DNA of 64,000 nt, taken from the NCBI GenBank assembly GCA_021613535.1, contig CP075493.1, positions 12,586,001 to 12,650,000 of the forward strand, written 5' to 3'. This document shows, piece by piece, positions 11,964-23,091 of this stretch. The notes beneath the pieces are model-generated. The model was given only the letters and a program-made list of their open reading frames with translations, was not told the DNA's origin and searched no databases. Numbering within the stretch: position 1 is the first letter of the stretch; the number at the start of each line of letters is the position of its first letter. The position numbers and the translations under genes are program-made. The stretch comes from Adineta vaga. Lineage: Eukaryota; Animalia; Rotifera.

Positions 11964-14900
11964 ATGATATCAAAACGTAGAAGAAAACGAAGAAGATCAA
12001 AAAAGCAATCAACCACCATTAACATTAAACAAAATGAAGTGAACGTTCTCAGAAAAGAGATAATATTAGAAAATAACAGTCAAACAACAGATTATATCAA
12101 AAGAAACAAATGTAGTAAAACAAAAATATCTCGTAATGGATCGGTTTCACACAAGAAATTAAAGCGCGAACCACATCAAACACAAGCTGACAATGGTATT
12201 ACAATCGTTTGGCTTGATATTAAAAATAGTGATTATTTAAATCGAGAAGCAAGTTTACATTTAATTTCAAATTATTTGAAACTATTCAATAATATTGACT
12301 CATGTATTGATTATTTATTGTCGTTAGAAATTGATAATAGTAAACAGAAGATATTTCTCATTCTCTCTGGTACACAAGGAAAAACAATTCTTCCACTTGT
12401 TTATGAACAGTTACATATCATTCATATTTACATATTTTGTTCACATAAAGAAAAACATGAAAAATGGATTAACAAATATTTAAATAAAATCAAAGGAATT
12501 TTTATTGATAAAAATGAATTAATCACGGCACTTAATGATGATATTTTGTTTTATACAAAAACTATCTCAATGTCAATTTTCTCACCAATTACTTCTGTTA
12601 GAAATGAAATATCTATAAGAAATTTAAACAAACAACATGCTTTATTTATGTGGTATCAATTATTAATTGAAACATTGAAACGAATGCCCTTAACATTAGT
12701 ATCACGAAATGAACTTTTAGCAGAATGTCGAGTAGAATATTCGAACAATCAAATAGAATTATGTAAAATTCAAGAATTTGCAGATACTTACAATTCAGAT
12801 AATGTAATTGGCTGGTACACCCGAGATTCGTTTCTTTATCGTTTACTAAACCGAGCATTGAGAAGTCAAGATATTCGTATCATATATAATTTTCGTTTCG
12901 TACTTGTCGATCTTCATAATTGTTTGACACAATTACATTCGAAACATATTCATTCATTAAAGACAAAACCTGAAACAAGTTCTGTATTGACTGTCTATCG
13001 TGGACAAGGATTACCTGTTGAAGAACTACAAAATTTAAAAGATAATATAGATGGTCGTATTGCAATGAATAGTTTTCTTTCTGCAAGTCTATCTAGTGAT
13101 ATTGCACTTGGTTTTACTGGTAATGGAACAGGTCGTCCAATGGTTGAGTCAGTACTTTTTGAAATTAACTGTCCGACAAAAGAATATTCATCAAAACCAT
13201 TTGCGAATATTCAAAATTATAGTCATTTAAAAACGGAAAATGAAATTTTATTTACACTTGGAACAGTATTTCAAATTGATTCTGTCGAAATCTTAACAGA
13301 CGAGATTTGGCATGTTAAACTTACATTATACGATGAAGATGATGATATGGATCGAAATGAATTAATTGATAATTTAAAATCGGATATAAAAGATACATCA
13401 GAAGTTTCAACATTAGCAAAATTATTAATAGAAATCAATGAAATTGATAAAGCTGAATATTTTTATCATTTAATACTTAAAGATCTTCCATTGAATCATT
13501 GTGATAGGATAGCTGTTCAAAATAATATTGGTGCAATACATGCATCAAAGGGAGACTATAAAACTGCTTTGAAATGCTATAAACAATCATTTAAACTTAG
13601 TCAAACATTATTACCATATGATTTTGTCACTGTATCGATGATATTAAATAATATTGGATATGTTTATAATGAATTAGGGAATTATATACAATCAATAAAA
13701 TATCATCGAAAAGCATTTCGAATACAAAAAAAAGTTTTTCCATTGAATGATATCGAATATGCTACTACATTCAATCATTTAGGAGTTGTATACGGATGTA
13801 TAAGTAAATATAATTTATCTTTAAAATATCATCGAAAAGCAAAAAAGATTCGAATGATGTTTCTTCCAGCTCAACATCCTAATCTAGGCGATACTTTTAA
13901 TAATATTGGTGAAGTTTATCTTTCAAACGGAAATTTCAAAGCAGCACGAATAAATCTGGAAAAGTCACTTGAAATTCGGCTTAAATCATTGCCTGATAAT
14001 CATCTAAGTCTATCAGCTACTTATACAAATCTCGGATGTACATACGATCGAATGGGTGATTCTGAAAAGGCACTTGAATATCATAAAAAAGCATTAGATA
14101 TTTCTCGCAAATCTTTGCCTAACAATCATCCTGATTTGGCAACAGCGTATAATAATATGGGTGAATGTTATAGTGAACTTGATGATTATACATCTGCTTT
14201 ATTATGTCATAAAAAAGCGTTAAAAATCCGTATTAAATCTTTACCTATTAATCATCCAGACATAATTACATCGTACAATAATATTGGTTCATTGTATAGC
14301 GACAATAATAGGAATAAATTAGCTTTACGATATTTAAAGAAGGCACTTTCACGATCATCGTTCACTACAAACAAAGAATTGTTGGCTCGTATTTATTTTA
14401 ATTTAGGTGTACTCTATGAAAACAAATGCAATATTGGAATGACTATAAAATATTACAAAATAGCAATTAATCTTGAACTTGCATGTCAGGAATATAATAC
14501 AAGTCCAAGTTTAGCTATTACATATATTTCATTAGGACAAGTCTATTTAGAAGAAAATGATTTAGAAAATGCGTCAATTCAATTTGAAAAGGCTTTGAAA
14601 ATTGCAGAGAATTGTTTGATATTTGACGATAATCCAATTCAATTAGTATTATCGAATATTGTCGAAGTTTATAAGAGAAAAAATGATTATACAAATGCAT
14701 TAAACTATACGAATAAACTTCTTGATATACAATTAAAAAATACTACTATTCCTTCCGATGAATTAGCTACAACATATTTTGATATTGGTTATATAAATGA
14801 TTGCAAAAAAGATTGTAAACAAGCAGAAAGAAATTATCAAATAGCTTTAAATAATGCATCGTCAACTCATTCAAATCTAGGTCAACTATATTATTATTTA

Positions 14901-15551
14901 GCATGTATATATAACGATCGACAAGATTTTGATATTGCACTTGTAAATTATGAAAATGCTCTAAAATATTTTTCTGATAAAGATGATTATTTAGCAAATA
15001 TACATAACAATATTGGTTTTATTTATCGATGCAAACATGATTATACGAAAGCATTGGATAGTTATTATCAAGCGTTAAAGATAAATATGAATGATATGAA
15101 TTTAACATCGACTATTTATTATAATATTGCAGTTATTTATGATGATAGAAAGGATTATAATCTAGCATTGTATTATTATCAAATAGCGCTTGATGTAATA
15201 CGAAAAAGTAAAGAAATGGATGATAATTTATATATTAAAATATATAATAATATGGCGGGAATTTATCAAAACACTTTCAACTATCACAAAGGATTAAATT
15301 GTATTGAAAAAGCACTAGAATTACAATTAAACTCTGATATATTGTCTACAGATTACGAAACTATTGCTACTACTTATAGTAACTTAGGCACAATCTATTT
15401 TCGGTTATTCAATTACTCGTTAGCGTCAGAGAACTATAAAAAAGCTCTCGAAATCAGTTCAAAATTCTTACACAAAACTCATCCACATATTGCCGAATAC
15501 CGAGATCATGTTGCTGTTGTTAAAAGACATTTAAAATACTATAAAATCTAA
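11964..15551 (+). CDS. R-S-E class ADP-ribosyltransferase domain + long TPR array protein
   Basis: WYTRDSFLYRLLNRALR, VYRGQ (R), NSFLSAS (S), ENEILF (ExE), followed by many 42-aa-type TPR repeats (HPDLATAYNNMG...). Confidence 0.92.
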   Translation: MISKRRRKRRRSKKQSTTINIKQNEVNVLRKEIILENNSQTTDYIKRNKCSKTKISRNGSVSHKKLKREPHQTQADNGITIVWLDIKNSDYLNREASLHLISNYLKLFNNIDSCIDYLLSLEIDNSKQKIFLILSGTQGKTILPLVYEQLHIIHIYIFCSHKEKHEKWINKYLNKIKGIFIDKNELITALNDDILFYTKTISMSIFSPITSVRNEISIRNLNKQHALFMWYQLLIETLKRMPLTLVSRNELLAECRVEYSNNQIELCKIQEFADTYNSDNVIGWYTRDSFLYRLLNRALRSQDIRIIYNFRFVLVDLHNCLTQLHSKHIHSLKTKPETSSVLTVYRGQGLPVEELQNLKDNIDGRIAMNSFLSASLSSDIALGFTGNGTGRPMVESVLFEINCPTKEYSSKPFANIQNYSHLKTENEILFTLGTVFQIDSVEILTDEIWHVKLTLYDEDDDMDRNELIDNLKSDIKDTSEVSTLAKLLIEINEIDKAEYFYHLILKDLPLNHCDRIAVQNNIGAIHASKGDYKTALKCYKQSFKLSQTLLPYDFVTVSMILNNIGYVYNELGNYIQSIKYHRKAFRIQKKVFPLNDIEYATTFNHLGVVYGCISKYNLSLKYHRKAKKIRMMFLPAQHPNLGDTFNNIGEVYLSNGNFKAARINLEKSLEIRLKSLPDNHLSLSATYTNLGCTYDRMGDSEKALEYHKKALDISRKSLPNNHPDLATAYNNMGECYSELDDYTSALLCHKKALKIRIKSLPINHPDIITSYNNIGSLYSDNNRNKLALRYLKKALSRSSFTTNKELLARIYFNLGVLYENKCNIGMTIKYYKIAINLELACQEYNTSPSLAITYISLGQVYLEENDLENASIQFEKALKIAENCLIFDDNPIQLVLSNIVEVYKRKNDYTNALNYTNKLLDIQLKNTTIPSDELATTYFDIGYINDCKKDCKQAERNYQIALNNASSTHSNLGQLYYYLACIYNDRQDFDIALVNYENALKYFSDKDDYLANIHNNIGFIYRCKHDYTKALDSYYQALKINMNDMNLTSTIYYNIAVIYDDRKDYNLALYYYQIALDVIRKSKEMDDNLYIKIYNNMAGIYQNTFNYHKGLNCIEKALELQLNSDILSTDYETIATTYSNLGTIYFRLFNYSLASENYKKALEISSKFLHKTHPHIAEYRDHVAVVKRHLKYYKI

Positions 15552-16055
15552 AAATTTTCAAGAATGTGTACACGAAGTTTATAACTATAGATGTCAGTGA
15601 ACAATATATGCAATGAGTATGACACAAATCGTATTTATTGTAGTGGCATGTTTATGTTCTTTGTACCAAAACAATGATTTTTGTTGCACTTGCATCATAG
15701 CAGATGTTGTTAAATAGATGATCAAATTCTCCAAATATAGAGTCAAATCAAATCTGCTCGATCTTAAATAATCTTTTACATAGATAAATCTCGAGAAAAT
15801 CATATGAATTGATAAAGAATAGAACATTTAACAACATGTGGTATCTTTATATACAAATTAAAGTTTTTTACTGGAAAATAAATAGGTGATTCATTAGTTG
15901 ATACTTTAACGTAGAGGTCTTTGAATTTGATGTCTCCTATATAACACACGTGTTGTGCAATTCTGTTTTCTTTCTTTAATAATCATAGAGAAGGTAAAAA
16001 CATAATATTTCACAAGAACATCGTCACATTTGTCTAACACAATACTTTCACCAAA

Positions 16056-17644
16056 ATGCTGACAGATACAGGAATAATTTTACCAAATTTTACAGAATTA
16101 CGTGTATATCCATCGTTTACTGAAATTCGTCAACAATATAATGCACCAAAAGTAAGTTTTATTTATTGCGAAAAAAAAACAAAATCGATAAAATCACATT
16201 TTATAGAATTTCAAAATGTATTTTACACGAGATGTTTATTCAAATATTGTTCGAGGTTCGTTATCGATCGAAGGTATTCCAATCGAATCCAAACAATTAG
16301 TTTCGAAAGCAAATAATCTTGAGAATCAAATAGTCTTTCTTCGACGTTCTGTAAATGAACAACCACAAGAATGTCGTGTTATTCAAGGTGATGATCTTCT
16401 TTTGCAAGATAATCAAACAAAACGCTATATTCACGCCCAACGTAATGAACTTGAATATGTTACAACACCAGAACAAGAAGGAACTGAAATAATCTATGTT
16501 TTAAAACAACAAGGTAAAGCAACATTAAGTTATCAAATGCATGGTAAGTGTATGACATCTAGATGAGAATAGAAGAATATGTGTATGATGTATTAATATG
16601 TTTTTTTCAAGGAATTTCTTGGTCGACACAATATGAATTGAATATTCTCACGGATGATTGCCAACATACAATACAAGCATTTGCTGAAATAATCAATGGA
16701 ACGAAACAAGAATATAATATTGATCGAGTAGAATTACTTGCTAATGATGTGATCTTACAACGAGAAAGTGGATTAAAACGACGTTGTTTTCGTCTCCGAT
16801 CACGAAGTCGTAGTCGAAGTCGAAGTGACAGTTCTGATGAATATGACGAAGATTTTGACGAGCTTGATCTAACACCATCGGTAACTGTACAAAAGGAATT
16901 AGCAGGTAAACTTTTATTATTTTACTTTTCATTTACGACATATGATGATATTTACTAGATTTTCATCTTTATTCAATTAACCAACCATTTGTTCTCTTAT
17001 CAAAATCAACATTTAGTTTACCATTTCTCAATCCAACTATTCAGATCAGTAAATTTGTTGGTCTATCACTGCCATTTACAACTTATTCGCAAATACAAAA
17101 ATTAGAACGGAAATATCGTATTGAATCCATTGATAAATTTCTTCCTGCTGGACCAATAACTATTCGAGAACAAGGTCGGTTAGTTGGTGTGATCAGTTTA
17201 CCTGATATGACTGTGGGTGATAAACATACTTTGTCTTCTGGACAAGATTCTGATGTAAGTTAAAACGATGTCCTCACTAATCATCTATTTTACAATTCTT
17301 ATATCATTTAGGTTTCCTTAAATCGTCAGGTAAAATTAATTTCGAAAGAAAGACATTCAGCTGTCTATACCGTTCACTTGACATTCAAAAATGTTAAGTC
17401 TATACCTGTTAAATTCGAGTATGAAGAAATAATTGACAACGAAAATATACATTTTAAAATCATTGTCAAAGGATCCGATGAACAACGAACTGACATGCAA
17501 GTAACAGCAAATGGTATTCAAATAGAAAACAAAAATAGTTTGTTGGCAGCTAATGGTGGTCAACAAATCTATGAATATGAAGTTCATACGAAGAATATTA
17601 AGAAGAGGAATAATACAATGCATAAACGAAAACGAAAAGACTAA
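16056..17644 (+). CDS. DUF4139-like protein, about 5 exons
   Basis: Overlapping ORFs joined by short introns (first 16152-16206, giving PK-NFKMYF); ELRVYPSFTEIR N-terminus, SYQMHG-ISWSTQYEL, FLPAGPITIREQGRLVG resemble bacterial DUF4139 proteins. Confidence 0.55.
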
Positions 17645-17785
17645 AATCATCAATACAGTTACAAAATTTATAACAGAATCTGTTTTTGTCATTTCTTTAT
17701 CCAAATAAAAAAATTTCATCATCTTTTGAAACACAGGAATGTTAAAAGAAGAAAAATAAAAATAATAGCGCATGCTTTGATGGTA

Positions 17786-18271
17786 ATGTCGAATAAAATC
17801 ATGGTTTCTCTTCTTAAACTACCAGCAGAATTAGTCTATCGAATACTTGATCATCAAAAGGATTTTACTGTTCTATCAAATATGATAAGATCGAAGAAAG
17901 ACATGCGCAACATTTTGTAGAGATTTTACGAAATAATACGGTAAGATTTTACTGTATAGCCGTAGTGTCTTAGTAGATCAGTTCTACTCATTTCTGAATA
18001 CAGACAATTATTTCACTTGAGCCCGAAGACAATATTTTGAAAGATGCGGGTACACAATATTTGGCAAATGTATTAGAAAATAATATCGTATGTTTCTTTC
18101 TCTTTTCATTGCTCTCGTAAATTACTCTTTTTTCCTACTTAGATATATCACTCATTTTGTTTTTTATTTACTTAATTTTTTCAAAAAGACACTCACTACG
18201 TTAGATCTTGAATATAATCATATAGGCGAAAAAGGTGCACAACATTTAGCTAATGCTTTACAACATAATAC
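17786..18271 (+). pseudogene. Degenerate F-box-like + RI-type leucine-rich repeat gene
   Basis: SLLKLPAELVYRILD (F-box-like) followed by exon-sized LRR units (TLTTLDLEYNHIGEKGAQHLANALQHNT); reading frame is interrupted and only about 2 LRRs remain. Confidence 0.6.
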
Positions 18272-18449
18272 GGTAATATTCATTTCTTTCTTATATATAA
18301 TTCATTCGCATTTCTGCACTATATCTCGGAAGAAACCAAGTTGGATATGATATCAACGATCAGTTGATGAGTTGATTCGCCGGAACAGAAGGTTACTAGA
18401 GTCATCTTTTGATAGTGAATTTGAATAAAAACATGCGAAGAAACTTCCA

Positions 18450-19020
18450 GTTAGTTTCTGTCAACCTTTTTTCTATAGAACTTTCGATGCCAATGAATCA
18501 TTGTAAAAATCACCTATAATATATAGACTATTTATTCATGAAAGATGTTGAACACAGACAGGATCGTTTATTTGACACTGCATTTGATAATGAGTTGTTT
18601 CTCGATTGTTTGAAACTTATCAAAGCCTTTATATTGTTTTTTAATATGATCAATTAAATAAATCCAATCTTTTGCTATCACAGTATCAGGAAGATATACA
18701 ATTATATACGGCGAATGGTGAGTGGATTGACTGAATGCTAGTGTATTCATACATATTGTTTCAATATTTGAATTTGAGCTCGCTTGCTTTCGAAATTTAT
18801 CAAGCATACCTTGTGATTGATGTACTTTTATGAACATAAAACAATATAAAAACTATGGTAGCTATTTGTAAAGCTTGCCTAAGATATGATCGGAACTGTT
18901 CATTTTATTGAGTAAAGATATTGATTCAAGACCTGGACCACAATCCATATCAACTAAACAATGATTTGACTGAATTTCTAATGAATTACAGATCACCAAT
19001 GATATCCATTCATTATGTAG
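18450..19020 (-). pseudogene. Degraded class I SAM-dependent methyltransferase
   Basis: Minus-strand translation gives CLVDMDCGPGLES (motif I, normally D-x-G-C-G-x-G), then HQSQGMLDKFR...IETICMN (motif II-like); stops and frameshifts present. Confidence 0.45.
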
Positions 19021-19183
19021 TGGTAAGTTGAAAATAGTCTGTTTTCATGTTGTACTGCTCATGCAAAGATTCTGTCATATTATTGTTTTATTCAGTGTTT
19101 TACTTGCTCCTATTCTTTAGAGGAAAATCTTATCAAAAATAAGTATTCAAGAATTCGCTTGTAAATGAAATAAAAACAAAAGT

Positions 19184-21214
19184 TTAAATTACAATTTCTT
19201 TAATCAATATTCCGTATGCTCGGATACTTTCAGGATGTAATGCAACCCATATATCATCAGTAGCAAATTTTACATCATCAGGATTAACAGCTACTTGTAA
19301 CATAATCTTAAACTTTTTTGATCCAAATTTTGTTTTAATTTCAGCATCGCCGGCAAAACCGCGCTCTACAAAACTTGGCTTTGGAGAACAATAAACACCT
19401 GGACCATGGAACGTCGATTTTGCTGCATGAAAGCCATCATTATGAATGTGAGAAAAAGCAACGAGAGACGCATCTTTAGCATCATTCAGATTTGTAGCTG
19501 GCGCATATTTTGTTCCATGAAAAGCTCTATACCAGTTTGCAGGATGTCGAAATGGACGAAGCCATGTATCATTATTAAATTTGCCTAGTACTTTTAATCC
19601 GTATCTTGTATATCCAACTGGTGTATAGTACGTTTTTAATCGTCCAGGTGGTCCAATTTCATGTGTCTCTTGAGTAGTAAATGCGTTATTTCCACGTTCA
19701 TCAAATTGTGATATATCAAATGCAGGTCGAAATAACAATGGATGAATTTTTGCAGCTACAAATTGTTTAAATTGTTCTTTTAGTTTTTTTGAAGCACCAA
19801 TTAGGTTTTTAATTACATTAGCTTTTAAATCTAATATGGAATAAACTATACTAAATGTTCCCAAATAAACTGTTTTGATTACAATATTTTCTTTGTTAGT
19901 ATTATGTGCTTTTGATAATCGTTCGAGTATATCTTCAACAACGGCATGTGTTTTCTTTTGTTCAATTAAACGATCTAATGTTTTTATCACTTTCAAATCA
20001 TAATCAGCATCTGTCGGATCTTTCTGAGTAATAAAATCATTATTATTACTCAATTTCAATACAAATGGTTTGTCTTGTACATCTAGATCACCTAAATTTG
20101 CCGAAGCATCATAAAGATTTGTACCTTGACGAGAATCAAAGAATAGACATGATTGATCTTCATTTCCAAATAAATTCTTAATAGCATGACAAAGTGTACT
20201 TCTTTCAGATACATCACCTGACGGTTGTTCAGATAATATACTTTTTGTTAATTCTTCAGCTTGCTTCACATCGGGTGTATTTCGATTCATAACATCGTCA
20301 ATATTTGGAAAAGTATCGTAAAATGCTCGTAATTCTTCTTGTTTTTTCAAAAATGATCTTTTTTCATTTGGTCCTATTTGATCCCATTCTATCGATATAC
20401 ACATGGCAGATTTCATAGAGTATATTTTTAAAACTTACTTGGTGGAGGTGGACGAACACGATTGAGAAAAACTTCCTCGGATTGCCGTAATCCATTGATA
20501 GACAATGGTTTTTGATTTCCATCACTTTCTTGAGCAACATCGTTAGCTGTACGTTGAAAAATGTCGATGACATTAACATTCTCTAGTGTAAGATTTTTGA
20601 GTAAATGTTTCGTAAAGAAATTTTTTCGAACTGTTTCATTTGCAGCACAAGCAAATTGAATAAATGCACCTTCAATTGGTTTCATTTCTTGCAAACCTTT
20701 TCGTTCACTTGATGAAACTAAAAAAAAGAAGAAGAAGACTTTTGCGTACAATGATTGTGATTGTAAGAATCATACCTCTCAATAAATAAGTTCCACAACA
20801 ATCTAAGATGAATATATTGGCAAATGTTGGGTTTATAGTTACTATACGTTCGACTATTTGCTCAAAATCAATACCAAACTCTTCAACATGTTTCTCTCGT
20901 TCGATTGAAGCATCACCCACCGGTATTAAATAATTTTTACCTGAGACTTGATAGACATGACCACAAAAGTAAAATAGAAATAAATCACCTTGATTAATTC
21001 GTTTCGAAAAATCAAAGATTCGTTTTTTCAGATCATTGATTCCTAAGTCATTTGCTATTGTAACATTGAATCCAATAGTTTTAAGTGAATTACTTAGAAC
21101 TTTCACATTTTCTCCTGAACTACTCAGACGATTATCTGGCCGATAGTAATTACCGTTACTAATCAGTAGTGCCCAGTTTTGACGTCGAGATCCACTACTA
21201 ATTGCACTTGCCAT
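19184..21214 (-). CDS. Caspase-like (peptidase C14) domain fused to a C-terminal NEURL4/PARP-like ADP-ribosyltransferase-fold domain, 3 exons
   Basis: ALLISNGNY, FYFCGH...NYLIP, FILDCC, FIQFAC, FTKHLL caspase-fold motifs; introns 20718-20775 and 20389-20438 restore one frame; C-terminus YTPVGYTRYGL...WYRAFHGT...GVYCSP...MLQVAVNP. Confidence 0.8.
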
Positions 21215-22308
21215 TGGAATTATATTAAATAATCCTCGTCTTGCATAGTAACAAATAATAAATGAATATTTTAACGTTTTTAAACGCAATTCTTTTGAAA
21301 AGTTGACAATTCTTTTTCTCCAACATAAACAAAGTTTCAATAAGTGTACAAAAACAAAGAAAAACTTTTTTATTTATTCATACAATTACCACCAAAGACG
21401 ATAATACGATGATTCACATCCTTAAAACATTCAATAGTCAATGTGATAGATTGAATTATATTCTCATTTGGAACGGAGAGAAATTTATTATTAAATTTTA
21501 CTAATAAATAAGATAGAATTTGTAGTAAACATTTAGCAGTCAAATTTATTGTGAACTGTTCTAATTTGCATCGATTTGATTTGTTTAATGAAATCGACAT
21601 AAACATTTGTAATTAATACGTGCCATATAAAGATTTCACCTAATATTGAATAGAATAATGCGTTTCGAACGGAATATTCGTTCAAGACTGAATGAAGTTA
21701 TTATTTTCTTATTACTAAAAGATTCTATTATATTGATAAATTAATCAATCATTGAACATCATCAAAAGACATGTGTTAAATTAGTCTAAACTGTTATATA
21801 AATGTTTAGTGGTAACATTTTCGATGCAGTTAGATATTTAATCGACGAATATAGACTGAAATGATCTGTTTATAAAGATCAATTCGATTGAGAAGAATTG
21901 AGCAAAAAGATTTCCAAAACGTTTATTAAATGAGTGAATATAGACTTATTTTTTGATTATGAAATCTCGAGAGACAAAAGATGTATGTAGTTTTTTTTCT
22001 TCCTTTTGTTGACACGAAAATGATGGTACACGAAATAATTCATCGCAAGAATGGAAGAAATAAGTTTAGAAGATCAAGTTTTTTATCCTTCTGAAACATG
22101 ATGTTGAAAGTTACGAGAATAATTCTTAACTATGTCATATAAGACGATAAGAAGAGATTGTCTATGTGATATCACTATATGCATTGGAATTTTCATTACA
22201 TTATATAAAAACGATCAAATATCATAAAATCAAAGTTTTTTTTATATATAACATCTCTCCTGAATACATTATGGTACATTTGAAATCCTGTTTTCGGTTG
22301 TTTTAGAA

Positions 22309-22977
22309 ATGGCAAAAACTGCAGCATCGATTTGGAATTGGTCGCTACCTGTGTTACCATTCACAGTTATTATTACTTTGATAGTTGCTTTTTTCACAGA
22401 CCGTTTGATTGACAATCATTCAATGTCAAGAAAATCATTCTTTGAAATACTGGTTGTACGTGTATCTGCAAGTCGTGTGTATTTCTTTTTCGGCATTTGT
22501 TTGTTTCTTCCTCAAGTATTGGCAATAATCATTGGTCGATTTCAATTTTTATTAAAAACTCAATCAATGATTAATCGAACTGTTCTGTTCATTATTCATA
22601 TCTTTATTCTTGTACCTTTTGTGTATCTACTGGTATATATGATAATAAGTAATAATCATCCTAATATATATCAAATGAGTATCTATGGAATTTTCGAATC
22701 TATATCATTATATTGTTTAGTTCATACTATTCTAATTTTCTATCTCTATATACGTCGATCGAATGCTTCGCAACATGCAAACATTATCTGGCCAATTTGG
22801 TTTCTTATTTGTATTATTTCGCTCATTGTCTTTTATGTCATCTGGACTCGTTCGCACAACTATGTTTCAGGATTTATTGTAATTCTGTGTCCTTTTCTAT
22901 ATCTTTTGGGTTTTGTACATCAATTTTGGTTACAAGCAAGAGCAAAACAACGATATTTTGCTGTAGTCACAGCATAA
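22309..22977 (+). CDS. Polytopic membrane protein (about 6 TM), single exon
   Basis: 222-aa ORF with six hydrophobic segments; family not securely recognised (possibly Frag1/DRAM-like). Confidence 0.65.
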   Translation: MAKTAASIWNWSLPVLPFTVIITLIVAFFTDRLIDNHSMSRKSFFEILVVRVSASRVYFFFGICLFLPQVLAIIIGRFQFLLKTQSMINRTVLFIIHIFILVPFVYLLVYMIISNNHPNIYQMSIYGIFESISLYCLVHTILIFYLYIRRSNASQHANIIWPIWFLICIISLIVFYVIWTRSHNYVSGFIVILCPFLYLLGFVHQFWLQARAKQRYFAVVTA

Positions 22978-23091
22978 TCAATAATCTTTAAGATATAATT
23001 ACAAGCAAATGAATGAACTCTTCTCGTATATTTAAAGAAAATAAATTTTAAGAAAGTATAAGTATTCAATAATATATGATTATGATTATCT

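Noticed and set aside
13500-15500. Periodic repeats resembling an array
   Set aside because: Explained by TPR coding repeats; no CRISPR-like repeat-spacer structure anywhere in the window
22309-22977. Membrane protein as a fourth member of the GH3-ABCB-synthase cluster
   Set aside because: Only proximity (convergent, about 115 bp from the GH3 stop) supports it; no functional link is evident
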